A stretch of DNA of 64,000 bases from Parasitella parasitica NRRL 2501 (Eukaryota > Fungi > Mucoromycota), in contig MU619252.1 in NCBI GenBank assembly GCA_025201805.1, forward strand, positions 248,001 through 312,000, written 5' to 3'. The notes under the pieces were generated by a model. The model did not search any database and had not been told where the DNA came from. It saw only the letters and a program-made list of their open reading frames with translations. Made by a program: the position numbers and the translations under genes. Below are positions 1-13,676 of this stretch, piece after piece. How positions within the stretch are numbered: the stretch's first letter is position 1; each line of letters begins with the position of its first letter.

Positions 1-1005
1 TTGTGTCTTTCTTTTAGTATTGCCTTCAGACTTCAATACAGGACTGATAAGCTCAGCAGGAATCGGTTGATAACTGTATTTGTAATATTAAAATTTGAAA
101 TTGTAACTATAAAGCGTTTGTAAACAACCTATCACTATGTTTATTACAGTGGCTAGTGGGAGCGTCAAAATCTAGCTATTCATCTAGCTGTGTTCAGCTC
201 TTTTGCATCACTGTTAAAACTAAATGGGCTGCAGTAACACAGACTTTGCTACTATTTGCACATGAAAGCAAAATTCCTATTGCACGTTTTAGTCTGAGAA
301 TTACATTTGATGATCGAATATACTGATGTATAGATGGGAAAATCCAATTTGCACAAACAGATGATTTCAATTACCAAACTAAATTATTGTTTTTTTTGAC
401 AAAAAAAGACACGTGTATGATGTCAAGCATTCAAAAGTTATCAACATTGATGTATACTTGTAAATCATCTGCATCTTGCATAATAAATGTTGTATTTAAA
501 GATGTACAGACATTGACATGCCAGTAGAGAGTAAAAAAAATTAAACCCATCCGTATCTAAGCAACACATTAAAAATCGCATGCTATATAAACATTTAAGG
601 CTCTGCCATTTGATCCGAGAGACGGAATATCGGAAGTGTTATTATAATAGCGCTAAAGTTAATTACAATAGCCTAAGTTAGATCAGCACAAGGATATAAT
701 CTTTTGATTGAATTTATAAAGAATACAGTTCAATTATATAACGTCTTGATTATATTTTAAAAAAAAATCAATAAAAGATTAATTTTATTTGTTAGCTGTA
801 AGATGAAACGTGTTTATGAGTGTGTCAATTCTTTCCAAAGAAGCGAGAAAAAAGTTGAATAATTAGAAAAAGAGTAATAGGAAGAGGCTAAGAAGTACAT
901 TATAGGAAAACGAATAGCACATACACGAAATACATGAAGAAAATCAAAAAAGGGAATAAATAAATACAGGAAAGCGAAAAAAGAATCCATCTTCTAGCTT
1001 ATTTT

Positions 1006-2322
1006 TCAATGCTGTTGCTTTTTGGCAGGCTTTTCTTCCTTGATGCTAGATAATTATGTTATTTGAAAGATCAGTTTGCATAAAAAAAAAACACTTACTC
1101 TTCCTCATCCTCGTCATCGCTTCGGGTGTCTTCAGCGTTTTTGCCTTGTAAAACACGCATAATGACTCTGACAATCATAGCAAACCAATAAACCATGATC
1201 ACATTCAAAGATACAAACAAAAAGATGTAGATCTTTTGTGTAAAAGGTGTGAAATACTTTCCTTTTTCAGGCTCCCATTTCATGTCGAGGTATCTGGAAG
1301 GCTCAACTGTCGAATGCAGTTAGAGATCTGCCCCCTCCTTTCTTTAATTTATAAATAGATGTGAAAGCCTACCTGTAGTAGCCCAAATAATCATCGAAAA
1401 CAGCACATGCCTGGTAATAGGCCATGAAAGTGCAAATAATCCAAACGTAATATCGCAAGTGACAGATAATCCAATATATTTCAAAATCTTGGCAAGCTAT
1501 GAAAGTGATGAAGCGGAGATGAGACTCGTATCCATATATTTGATCCTCACTACTTACGGCAAGAAAGATGTCAGCAAGATCCATGCAACAGAGAACAGCA
1601 TTGCCAATACGAGTGAAATTGGTGTAGTAACTAGAGACAATCAATACAATCGTGATGATATGATGCATAAGCATGGCTATGTGATCTTTTCTTCTCTTTT
1701 CAATGTGGAGAGTGTACACTTGTTGTACCCAAAAAGCAAGTTGCATCAGGTAGTAGCTTTTCATCTGCTTCGAGATGAGGATGTGGGGATAGTCGATCCA
1801 ATACTGCGAGGTATTAAACCAATGAGGGCTATTGTACATGATTGCCATGCCAGCTGTCCAGAATACTGCATAATAGCTGAATGTCCAGGCCTGCTCAGCA
1901 AATCTTTCTCTCTTGGCAAAGGGTTTGATACTGAACAATCTTGCGATGGGATGAAACAAGAATTTCATCGCAGCAGCCCGCAGAAAGGTAAACGCCACAA
2001 CCCAAAATCCCACAAAATAATAGTCATCGTAGCCTTTGTCAAACTGGTTTCCACCTACTTTGTACGATATAGTCAAGCACTTTTTTGCTAAGGGATGTCC
2101 CAGATATGAAGCTAAGATAATAGCCAAGGCAATGATACATGTTCCCTCTAAGTTCCCTCCCCATGTTAGGTTTTTTTGTATTGATTATGTATATATGTGT
2201 AGCTTACCAAGCTCATTTTCTAGTGCGCGTTGCTTGAATGTCTTCTGTTGTGATTTCTTTTTCAAAATATCCGTTGTATATGAAGCCACTTTTTTAATCT
2301 GGATCGGTGTATCCGTTGTCAT
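1006..2322 (-). CDS. Ceramide synthase (Lag1/Lac1 family, TLC domain), spliced
   Basis: Lag1 motif RKDHIAMLMHHIITIVLIVSSYYTNFTRIGNAVLCCMDLADIFL and C-terminal AEDTRSDDEDE. ATG at 2322 (MTTDTPIQ), GT-AG introns (first 2207-2148), last exon DIKEEKPAKKQQH* ending at 1006. Confidence 0.93.
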
Positions 2323-3665
2323 ATTTCTTTTTTTTTTTAAAAAAAAAAAGAAAAAGAAGAACAAGAAGAAAGAAAACCAACACTTGGGCTCAATGATTAA
2401 AAAAAAAAAAAACAAAAAAAAAAAAAAGGGGGAGCAGGGAAGAGGAAACAAGAGGGGCGAGGGGGGGGGGGGGACAAGGGGACACTGAAACTTTTTTTAA
2501 GTTCGAGAAAAAACGCTAATTGAATAAGGTTATCCAAAGAAAATCCGTAGGGCCAATAACAGCATGTCATTAGCAGCTCTTTCCAAGTAAAGCTGCCATT
2601 GTATTACCTCGAAATTTTGATAAACAGAGCCAAGTAAATGTGCAATTTAGAAATCGAGACTTAGAAATGCAAGGAGATCTTTTTTTTTTATTCATTGTAA
2701 TTGTTCTTTCACACCTCCCCTACAACAATAACCGCAGTAGTGTCAATTAAAATGCAATGTTCACAGCACAAAGATAGGAATCTGGCATGCATTCAGTCTG
2801 ATCTATTATAATATCCACAATTTCGAACCAAAAGGATAAGTGTAACAGAATTAAGCACGTACAACTAGGAAAACTTCACAGTAGCACCAGATCAAAGAAT
2901 AGAAATTCGCAAGGATCAAGCTGTTGCTTGACGAGGAGCCTTAAATCATGGAAAAAAATTGAAACAGTCTGATAATGCGCCTACCAAAGATGAGGTTACC
3001 GAGTATTTTTATGTTGGTTTTGTTACATGCAACGGTTTACTTTTTTTTGAAGGGATAAAATATGTAAGAAGATATTGCAAAAGATCAAGAGCTAATTGTC
3101 ATTGAATGAAACGAAACCCTTTTTTTTTTGCAATCATTTTGGCTTATTTACAATGGAAAAAAAGAAAATCCTAGAATATCGGCCTCTGCATCCATATAAG
3201 GGTATTGATGTAAAACATTATAATCCCTGGCTGGGCATAATTCTCAAGATATTTTCGAGTCCATGCTCCCCCCAAAACAAAAGAATCTGTTGTTGTGCAT
3301 ATTGCACAGCTCGGCCGTGACGATTATACCGTGCACATAACTACAGCCATGATAAATTTTGTATCCATGGAAACCACTATAGCTGTTTGCTTTAAACTGG
3401 CCTCGATTGATACACATCTCTCAAAAAGTACACACTTGGTGTAACCATGGAAACGTATCAGGTTGTGTTCTTAACGGCCGACATGCATCAAGGATCAAAC
3501 CTTGTAAAAAGAAAATCTTTTTGACCAAAATGCTATTGATAAAATTTTCGAAAAAGATGAGATAATTGTTTAATGATTGTTGAATTTTTATTTTTTGTGT
3601 ATGAAAGATAGAAATGCATGAGTAATGTGTATATAGATGAAAAAAAAAGATAATCCAACATGGAT

Positions 3666-5397
3666 TTAACGGTTCTCAGAAGAAGCAACAAGGAGCTTGA
3701 GTTCACGAGGAGCGTCAAAACGAGGCATGATAACTTCAATAAAGTGCATCTTATCAGGTTGAGCTTGGATGCCCTTCATGGCAGTTTCGAATTCATTACG
3801 AGTGGAAACCTTACCCTCGAAACCAACCTTGGAGCAGCCAACAGAGGTGTTGCGTTCAAGGTGAGCACCGAAGTAGTCAAGAGTCTTACTGTATTGCCAC
3901 ATTTGAAAGTTGTTATAATCTCTGTCGGGACCATGGATAAGCTTTTCGATAACGTAACCATCATTGTTCAAGAGGATGATGACAGGAGTAAGACCGTGAT
4001 GTAACATGACAGAGAGCTCTTGAGCAGTCAATTGGAAAGAACCATCACCAACAAACAAGTAGACTCTGCGATCACGACGGGCAATAGCAGCACCGACAGC
4101 AGCACCGACAGAGAAACCAATGGAACCCCAAAGGAATTGAGTGATGAAAGAAGCGCCCTTGGGAGCATCCAAGTTCAAACAGGCGAATTCAGAAGTACCA
4201 GTTTCACCGCAGATGATAGCGTTCTCATCGATATATTCAGGGACCTTGTTCCAAAGATAGTTATGGGTGATCTCAGTACCTTCTTCAATAGGGAGAGGCT
4301 TACCGCGAGGACCGAGGTTGAAGACACGGGGTTCCTTGGGGAGAGAAGCGGTCAAGAGAGGAAGGAACTCGACCATGGAGACCTTTTGGTACTCGGCACA
4401 GAAGACAATGGTGGCAAAAGAGTGGAGGGTGATAGTCTTGGAGCGGTCAAGAGCATAAGAAAAGTTACCGGTGTTGAAGTCAGATTTGATAGAACCAATT
4501 TCAATGATCAAATCAGCCTTCTTGATTTCCTCATCAATGGATTCAAGAGTGATGTTACCAGAGTAACAACCACGGTACTGAGGGAGAGACTCGTCAACAG
4601 CACCCTTACCCATGGGGGCAACATAGGTGGGGAAACCAGAGCGCTTGATGAACTCTTCGACATCCTTTTCAATGTGATGACGAAGAACGCAGCCATCAAC
4701 AACGACAACAGGGTGAGAAGCCTTGGCGATAGCCTCAGAGACAACCTTGAGGGCAATTTCTTGGGTTTGCTCAGGGTTCTTGGGGAGACTGACGACAAGA
4801 GGAGCAATCTCGGGAACCTCGACCTGGTAATGGATAAGATCGATAGGGAGACCAATATAACCAGTGCGCTTGGAGAGAACGGCTTGAGAGATGACACGAT
4901 CGATTTCAGCAATGGCGTTTTGCTTCTTCAAATGAGTGGAAGCGCAAGAAATCATGGAGGACATATTGTAAAAGACATCAAAATTACCGTCACCGAGAGA
5001 ATGATGGAGCATGGCACCTGCAGCTTGAGACTTGGTGGAAGGAGTACCAGCAATGTGGATGACGGGAAGCATCTCAGAGTAGGAACCGGCAAGACCATTG
5101 ACAGCAGAAAGTTCACCGACACCGAAGGTAGTGACAACGGCACCAGCACCACGGATACGAGCATAGCCGTCAGCAGCATAAGAGGCGTTCAACTCGTTGG
5201 CATTATTACCCCAGGTTACCTCGGAGTCATCTTCAATGATATCCAACAAGGGCTAACAAGACAGATTAATAACAGTTGTATTTACAGGCACACAAATCAC
5301 TTACCATGTTGAAATCACCGGGAACACCAAACACAACATCGATGTTGATTTCCTTGAGACGGTTGATAAGATGTTGTCCAATAGTAACGGAAGGCAT
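3666..5397 (-). CDS. pdc: Pyruvate decarboxylase (TPP-dependent)
   Basis: Exon 1 MPSVTIGQHLINRLKEINIDVVFGVPGDFNM, one intron, then NELNASYAADGYAR, TTFGVGELSA and the TPP motif GDGSFQLT...LLNNDGY. Strong C/T-ending codon bias typical of a highly expressed gene. Confidence 0.97.
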
Positions 5398-7224
5398 TGT
5401 TTATAAGTTGATATGTAGTATGAAAAACTTGATGAAAAAATTGGATTGTTGGGATGAATTTTACTTCTTTTATATCTTTTTTTTTATTTTGGGTAAATAT
5501 GGTGATGATTATCGTATCATCGAAATCGAACCGGCGATCTATGTGTCTCATATTTTTTTTTTATTTTACCGTGGGCAAAAGGGAGCCTTTCACGCTGTAT
5601 ACGACACTGCCCGAATGATGCGCTTGTTTAATCATTAAAGTAATCTCTTTTATCTATTAAACTTTAGTGTGTTGTGAATGAAACATGAATGTCTTATAAA
5701 GATTTTTACACGCTAGCGACATGATCTCATGTTTTATCAGCTGCGTGTTGCTCAACGAGCTTTTGTGCCTGAAGCCTTGATATTTATCAAATTTCTGCTG
5801 TCAAGTCCAAAAGATACTTGTTGGTAAACCACGAAGATAGTTGTTATATCGATGTTATCGCATTCATTGACCGAAAAGGGTCTCTTGTTGACAAACAAAG
5901 TCCGTGTTAATCTGATTTCCGCATCATCCGCCCAAACATCCAAGATAACATTCATGATTTTTTTCTATAGACAATGGAAAAGGTTTGCATCTTTTGAGTT
6001 GTTTTCAATATATTTAGCTATTGTTATTGTCATAATGCAGCTGCATGTTGCTAACTCTTTTGATTGCGATAACAATGCAGTTTATTTTAATTGTCAGATA
6101 CAACACACACGCATGATGCGTACGACGATGATTCGGTTACAAAACCTTTATGTCATATCACTTTCAACCTAACACTTTTATAGTTCCAGTTTTTACTATA
6201 TTTTAGTCGGTAAAGACCTTGTTTTTGTCAATGGGATTTTCTATATTACTCAAAGACACATTTGGAGCACAATAAAATCTGAATACTTTCTGAGACATTT
6301 TGAAAGAACAACGTGCTAGTAAACTCCTACTAAAATGGATTTTATCGGAGGAAATGTGCTAAAAATTGTAAGCAATGTAGCAAAAGGCAAGAAACTGAAT
6401 TTTATCCAATAGGTCTATGTTTTTAATCAGATCCGTCGTTAAATTTTTTTGCGCCTGCCTCTATGCCACAAGAAACATTTCATCTCTTGTTTATTACGCT
6501 TGATAATATCTGATTTGTGGCATTGCTACTTTAAAAATGTTATATTGTAGCAAAATTGGAACAACCTACACTAGATGATACTATTTTATTTGTTCAAGTT
6601 GGGCTCAATGTGCGTGCGTAGTAGGAAAAAAAAAGTGGTATGACATTGACGCTTTTGTCACTTGCGCTCAAAACCAAAATTGTACAATATCAATTACATG
6701 ACGGCTAAAAATAACGCACATGTCGATTATCGTAATCGATGAAGTGGTTTTTTATTAATTAAATCCACCCGTAGTGTGCCAACTGATCTTTAATATGTCT
6801 TTTCCTTTCCGAGAAAGTGATATTTGATAATCGTAACATAGTAAAAAATCCCAGCTAGCTGTAATTTTCTTTTTCAAAGAAGACATTTCATTTTTCTTGC
6901 TCAGCAGTGTACTGATAAATCAGAATTAATCAGAAAAATCTCTAGTTCATTGAGGCCAAAACTTTGCTAATACCAGTACTCCAAATGGTCTTGTACACAA
7001 ACAGTGAAGCTTCTCCGTCATATTTTTGAACATTATAATCGGTTAAGTGATTCGTAATGGTATTGATACTAATTGTCATTCCAGCAGCTCCCAAAGAATG
7101 AATAGAACTTTTTATTTCTACTTAATAAAATTAGAATTTGCAACTATATGTTGCTATAGGGTAAATGTGTACCTTCTGTATTTCAGACATTGTAGACAAT
7201 GAAGTTGCGATAAAAACGAAAATA

Positions 7225-7945
7225 CATTTTTCTTTGTAGACAATACCTCAGCGATGGTGCTTCTTCTTGGATGCCAGATTGCTCACATTGGACTATTTCC
7301 GATTCGTCTCGTTCTTTTGTTCCTGTAGCTCGCTTGTCTTTGAACGCCCTGCGAAGGTATTGGTATCCTGCAAGGAATATCATTATCTCTCATCTGGGTC
7401 CTCCACTTTGTCTGCCTGTCTATTTGCGACTATCTCCTTCTTCTTGGCGTCTTTTTTGGTCCCTGGATCTGCCTGCAAAGGCGTTCACATCTTGGTGGCG
7501 ACTGTTACATGATCGTGTCGCTCGCCGGTCCTGGCTCCATCGTAGTTCTAACAAAAGTTCCGCCTCCTGTTTGTGTTTTGTATGGTCTTGTATTAGAAGA
7601 CTTGTTCCATTTTGTTTTCGGCTGTTCCTTCAAAGCTCGGTATTGGCGAGATGTAATATCGTTGCTGTCCTTGCAGGATCTCTTCCCAACTACCATGTCT
7701 ATCTGACAAGCTCTTACTAGTTTCTATTCTCAAAATTGGGCAATGCTCGACAAAGATGTTTTGGTGGCTCTTGGTACTAATTACTGACACTTTGGAAATA
7801 CCATTGGCGATGTGTCGTAGACACGGAGCCCTGGATTGCTTCGGCATGTTTAAACGTGGTTCGTCAGGATCATGGTTTACTACTTTCTTCTCTTTCGTCT
7901 TTGACAAGTGTTCAAATTGGCACCTTGACCTCACCTGTAACTAGA
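7225..7945 (+). mobile_element. Degenerate 3' fragment of a non-LTR (L1-like) retrotransposon ORF2, zf-RVT region
   Basis: Frameshifted pieces WRLFWSLDLPAKAFTSWWRLLHDRV, CVLYGLVLEDLFHFVFGCSFKARYW and YWKYHWRCVVDTEPW match the C-terminal zinc-binding region of LINE RTs. Base composition is pyrimidine-rich and differs from the flanks. Confidence 0.8.
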
Positions 7946-8779
7946 TCCAGCATTTAGCACCATTATCTTTCTTATCAAATGTTGATCCGGGGAAGATTAC
8001 AAAGAGATAATAATATATAAAAGTCATTTAGATGGCTTTCTATGTTTTGATATTTGATAAATGAAGCATTATTTGAACAGATTAATGTCACTTGATTGAT
8101 TGGTCTATATAGAGCTATCAACAAAAATAATACATAAAGGCTTTATACTTGACAAGATGAGTTGTGTGTCGAACTTATTACATGAAAGTCTACTACTATT
8201 GTTGCCCCGCCAACCAATCTAGTAGTAAATCTTGGCTGATAGTAGTTGATTCAAGTACTTCATGGGTGTCTGCCAAAAGGATTTATCTTAAATTTTTTAA
8301 TGTGCTAAATAGTATAGGCTTCAATTGCGTAATTTGCAGATCTTTATAAAATCATACCTGTGGCCCTACGCGGACATATTTCAGCTACAGGGTTAGTAGA
8401 CATAAGATGAGTGATTAGACCACAATCAAGTGCGCATGAAACCACATTATCTTTTAGTTTGTTCACTTCAGTCTTCTTGGGATTTTACAAAATGGTAGAT
8501 ACACTGATCCTCCTGCTGCTGTTTATTCTATCCAAGTGAGGTACAAAGACTACTCTCTTCATTTTTTCCCTATTCCTTTCGGTCTATACTGCCTCATACT
8601 ATTTACATGATAAAATCATCATATACGTACATATAAATTTCATCTCATTTGGGAAGAAGATTTCATCAAATGACAAAGAAACCAAAAGTTCCTCATAGGC
8701 AAGTCATGTCACTATTGTCAAAGGAAATTCCATCTATCAGCTTCAAACTCCAAGCAAGAATGTCGTATATCCAAATAAA

Positions 8780-9744
8780 CTTGCTCTTCAACAAGAAGAT
8801 ACTGAGCAGCTTACATCAATTGCCGACATCTGCATTAATTGCTCAACTAGAGAAACTTGCTCTGGGGACCTGCTGCAATTGTCGAACAGTACCATCCTCA
8901 AAAGAAAGGAATACAGTTCTCTTCTTTTTCTCAGTCTTTGATTTTGCTTTTCAGTGCGCCTCACTTGAAGACAGAGCAAACATTGATGACTCTTTGGCTA
9001 ACCTTCATCCATGTGCCAATGCTGATCCTGTGCTCTCAAAATTTATTTAGAAGGCTATCTCAGAATTCGTTTTTAGTAGTCAAAGAGCTGCTGCTTATAC
9101 AAATGATGATGGACGTACTATATACATTGAGATGTTTCTTCCTCTGTTTAGGTACTTTGCCCTGCTTGGAAAGAAGCTAGTTTTCACCTGGTCGGAAAAA
9201 GCAATGGAGAATAGTAGCTCAACTTGGATAATAGATAGCGATTTCAAGAAAAGTGGTGTTAACAAGAAGCTTCTTGATAGAATTGGTGTGATGGTAGAGG
9301 AAGATATTAGCTGGCTTTTGATCGAATCATCAGACTTTTTCCAAGGAGCAAAATTATACACACTGCATCGAAGATTGCATCAGAAACATCAAAAATGGCA
9401 CGGACTCCTTGAAATTCGTTATGTCTAAATACGAGGATGCATCGATTACCACAACGAAAAAGGTCAAGATCTATTCGGTTCATACTATCCAGACAAAGAT
9501 ATCCTTGATGTGCTACCAGCTGAAGGATGCCCAAAAATGGAGCTGCTATGAATGTTTCTCGGCTGAGATGCCGCTGTTATGGTCAAAGAGAAGCTTATTA
9601 CTTCCTGTGCTTGAGATATTTGGTTTTTTACATCAAGAATTGATCCAACAAGAACAAGTTTACGCAGAATTACTGAAAGAAAGTTTGGGTATTGTTAATG
9701 CTAAAGAAAACAAAATATCGTCGTTTTTTAATATTGTAGTCTAA
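8780..9744 (+). pseudogene. Decayed PD-(D/E)xK (restriction-endonuclease-fold, Crinkler-like) protein gene
   Basis: Reading through the TAG at 9048 and a +1 frameshift in the T run near 9335 gives GRTIYIEMFLPLFRYF..FTWSEK..KLLDRIG..LLIESS-FSKEQNYTHCIEDCIRNIK..FVMSKYEDAS. This fits the E-R-T / W-x-E / D-G-x-G / I-E-S-S / H-x-x-E-D pattern of a repeated Mucoromycota family. Confidence 0.6.
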
Positions 9745-10044
9745 AAATGTTCGAAAGTACTGTATGTGAATAAAGCTCCAGTATCCAGTTTAAAATTTTA
9801 GCATTTTTTTGAAAAATTACTGGCTTGGGTTTCCATAACAACTATTCACCTTACATATTCAAAGAAATCATGAACTTTTACTTTCTGGATAAAAATACGC
9901 TGTTTGTGCTATAGCTTTATTTGTAAATGATGTGGATTAGTGTTGTGATGGAAATGATGCTTGGCTCTAAAAATAAGGATCTAGACAAAAAAAAAAATGG
10001 AACAGGGGCGTTTTTAATATATTTCATATGTGAGTGAGAAGGTG

Positions 10045-10278
10045 TTAGAGATGAAAAGACACCAATTTGTTTAGATTTTCCGTTGTTGCTTTGCAAGAGT
10101 TATCCACAGCAGAAACAGCTTTAAAGAACCATTTCAGAGTATCGGTTTTATGATTCGTTGGTAAATCCAAAGATAAACTACTACTCTTTGACAGTGCACC
10201 TGATAAATAATGCCCATGGATTAAATTTGTGTGATGAGCAGATTCTTGCATGTTTGAAAATTGGATAAAATGAGACAT
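10045..10278 (-). CDS. Possible small hypothetical protein (77 aa)
   Basis: ATG at 10278 follows a CAA-rich leader typical of fungal 5' UTRs. Single open frame MSHFIQFSNMQESAHH...KLVSFHL*. No recognisable domain. Confidence 0.3.
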   Translation of the reverse strand: MSHFIQFSNMQESAHHTNLIHGHYLSGALSKSSSLSLDLPTNHKTDTLKWFFKAVSAVDNSCKATTENLNKLVSFHL

Positions 10279-10722
10279 GATGTTATTAGTATTGTTGAGA
10301 GGAAAGAAGAAGAAATTTTGGAAATTCCGTATATAAATCTTTCGAAACATACCAAAACGGCCATTTCCGGTTTATATGTGCAAATTCAACTAGTCGGGCC
10401 TATCATATGAAATCTTCATTGCAACGTTGTTTTGTTGGCGTGGATAAATGGTCTTCCGATTGCTAGGATTTCTCGTACCAAAATTGAGAACAATCAATCA
10501 GAATATCAAATACCATTATAGTGGATATGGTAGAGTAGTTTTCACGCACAACTTAGAGAGTTGAATAGGCGCATTTGAAATAAACATGTGCTCTGAAAGA
10601 TTACTTTATTGTGTAAATCAATGAAACCAAATCTGTTCATCAATCTGAGCCTAATATTACCCGCGAGCAAGAAATCGCCCAGAGATTGAATCTGATATAG
10701 CGATCCACAATGATAAACACAC

Positions 10723-13676
10723 TTATAATGCAATAGTTTGCATTATTTTCCTGGTAGAAAATCGAGTCAATGTAAATAGATATGCGTTTGAAACAGGTTA
10801 CTTACTGATCAATTCGTTTTTGGAGACTGGTTGGTATTTGGATTTCACCAAGAGTAAGGAAAGTTGAAATGGGGACACAATTGGATTTTTCTTCCAAGGC
10901 AATCAGTATGATATATGGCAAGAGATTTCTCACAAAGTCGTCTTGATGTTGGAAATTGTTTACATAACTCTTTACTACGTAGAAACCACCTTGAGGAGGA
11001 AGGACATCTGTTCTCTTGATATACTCAAGAGCCTTATCAAGGTCCTTGGCATGATTTTCCAGAGTTGCACGCAGAAAACTCAATAAAATTGTGTGTGTTT
11101 TGACAATATCCAGATCTTGAAGGCTACAGTTTTTGTCATATTTAGCACATGTGTCTACACAAAATTTGGCGAGATCTTGCATAGGATTGATAAGCAAATC
11201 AGTCTGGTTTGTAGAGTTATATCTGGTGATGACTCTGTATATTTCGCGGTTCAACACTCTAAGTGCTTCTTCGTAACTACCAAGTAGCTCAAAAACATAG
11301 ACAGAATCCTTGTATCTACCGATATTCTGAAACGTATTTGCAACGGGTGTAAGAACAAGGTTTTCATACTTGTTGTTGTAAGGTTGGAAATCCAATAAAG
11401 GCTTATACTTGTCAATCAACCCGGCACGGTATGTTGTCTTGTCGCCCAATATGCCTTTGAAGTCGGTGCACTGCACAATTAGCTGGATCAACTTTTCATA
11501 ACAGCAAGTGTAAATTTCTTGATCCGGATACAATGTCAGCAGGTATAAATATTGGAGTGCGTCTTTGCATTCATCAGGTGAGAAAGTACGAACGTACTGA
11601 CTAATCATACCAGTGTAGTTTAAGCTATTACTGGCATCCAACTTGGAGTCCACTGTGGTGAAATATTAATGCATTTTGTGAGATATTCCGCTTCCATACA
11701 CACTTACATATATCGTAGATATTTCTATTTGGTTTTGAAGGAATCCGAGCAAGTCCGTAATAGACAAAAACAATTCCGAGGTGCACAGCTTGCACTCTGA
11801 ACTCCTCGTAACCGTGTAAATAATCAACAGCCTAAGCAACAGATCAACATCAAGTAATATTTTTTGCTTACTGTGGATAATCTCACCTTTTCAAACTGCA
11901 GAGAAAGAAGAAGCATATTAAAGTAGAACCAAGGATTTAATCCGTCTTTGTCGTACTTTGTATGATCTGCTTGGCACACGATATCTTGAAATTCAGAGAG
12001 ACGATACACTTGTCGATTGGTTTCCAAATCCTCTGGCGTTTCTCGAATCAACATGAGCTGTAGCCATAGCGAATCTTCTATTATTCTTACAATGTCTTCT
12101 GTCTTGTGTTGCAGCTCACAGCGGCCAATGATTTTATACAGCAGCATTTTGTATGGGTCGTGTGATCCGTTGCTATACTTCATTGATTGGTATTGTTGGT
12201 TGATTCGAATTCTATTTTCCTCAGAAATACTGCATAAAAAATGTGTAAGAAAATGATACCTTGATAGAATCACAACTTACTCAAAGTTGGCATTGGCGCA
12301 AAACTCTTTGAAGATGGCTCTAAACTCAGGGGCATGGCTGAAATGTTGAAAGTTTTCTTCTACAAATTCCACCGCTAAACTGTAGTAACCGCAACGTATC
12401 AGCAAGTATGTGAATAGCCAAATGGGAGTGTTATTGTGAACCTCGAGGTTGGCATTACCCCAAGATGAGCTCTTTATATCGTTAAATTGTAGTCTCATAT
12501 ATGCGTTTAAACGGTGCTCTCTAGACAAAGATCCTCCAACATTCGCAGCAGCAGCATTCTTTCTCAATGTTTCATTGACAACAGATACGAATCTATTAGG
12601 GATATGCTGTTAGCCATGTGTCTGTAATGGTATAAAATCGCTACATACTGGCTTTCAAGGTAAGATCTTGCTGCTTTTATTAAGCGTTGCTTCATGCTCA
12701 ATATCTTGTATGCGTCATATTTGTTGTTCATGTAAGCACCGTATATACGATCAGTCTTTTCGCAAGTCAAATGAGAGATAATATCCCAAGAAGAATCCAT
12801 TGAAACTCTCTGGCTATTGGTGCATGAAATCGTTTTTGACAATTTTGTAAACATGTCAACAATAGGGATAGATTGCTCTGTAATTCTCTTTTCGTTGACT
12901 TCCATGACAGCGGCAGCATAAGCTTTCTTTTGCTCCTTCATCAATTGTATTCTCTATGGCCCAAAATAAATACCTGTAGCATGTCGATCATGTAAGAAAT
13001 GCTATGTACCTGGCTGTCTTTGCTATTGTTTGAATGTCCAAATGTTTTGTTATCTTCTTCCAAGTCCCATTCTTGCAAAATCGTATTCTTTTTCAAACGC
13101 CAGTGGGAGTTTCTTTGCTCATTCATACTATCCAAAACTCTTTGTCGTGTCTACAATATTTGCTGTCAATATTACTCGTTTTTTTTTTTTTCTACCACAT
13201 ATGAGCCTACCTTGCGTCTAGATTCATCAACTGTCTCTGTCATGTAAGTTTCCTGAACCTGTTTTAAATGTGCCTAATAGCAAAAAAAAAAACCCATCAA
13301 TTCTATTTGGCTCTGCATATGTTCAAAACGACTTACTTCTACGTTTGTTTTTTTTATCGTCTGAGTAGGCTGAAAGGTGAATCTTGTATCAATATCTTTC
13401 AAATGCTGGCTGTTTTCATGAGTGTTGGCACCACCTTGCGCTAAAAAGTAATGGCTATGTATTGAAGTATCAAAATTTTTTCCTACATCGAGTTCACTCT
13501 AGATATTACCCCATAACGTTATTGCCTTTCGAAGAAGCATCAATCTTGGATGTGATCAGGTTCGTTTCTGTACCCAACTGATTTAAATCATGTTGTAGTT
13601 TGGGCGAGTCGTACTTTGTTGATAAGCTTGGGAGCTCTTTTGAATCCTGAAGGAGTTTCTTGAATCTGCCAGACAT
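10723..13676 (-). CDS. NIC96: Nucleoporin Nic96/Nup93, multi-exon
   Basis: N-terminus MSGRFKKLLQDSKELPSL...HYFLAQGG, plus AAANVGG, PIWLFTYLLIRCG, DPYKMLLYKIIGRCEL, IEDSLWLQL, LLLSLQFE and AVHLGIVFVYYGL. Last exon KIMQTIAL*. Confidence 0.92.

Noticed and set aside
2036-2488. Lys/Phe/Gly-rich ORFs upstream of the ceramide synthase
   Set aside because: They translate promoter and UTR homopolymer tracts. Only the MTTDTP exon is real.
4020-5312. 430-aa plus-strand ORF antisense to PDC (and similar antisense ORFs over the ceramide synthase, chitin synthase and hexokinase genes)
   Set aside because: It mirrors the sense frame. Strong codon bias avoids TTA/CTA/TCA and so removes antisense stops. 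No recognisable protein features.
5521-5540. GGTTCGATT T-loop-like word on the minus strand
   Set aside because: No T-stem, acceptor stem or cloverleaf around it, so not a tRNA.
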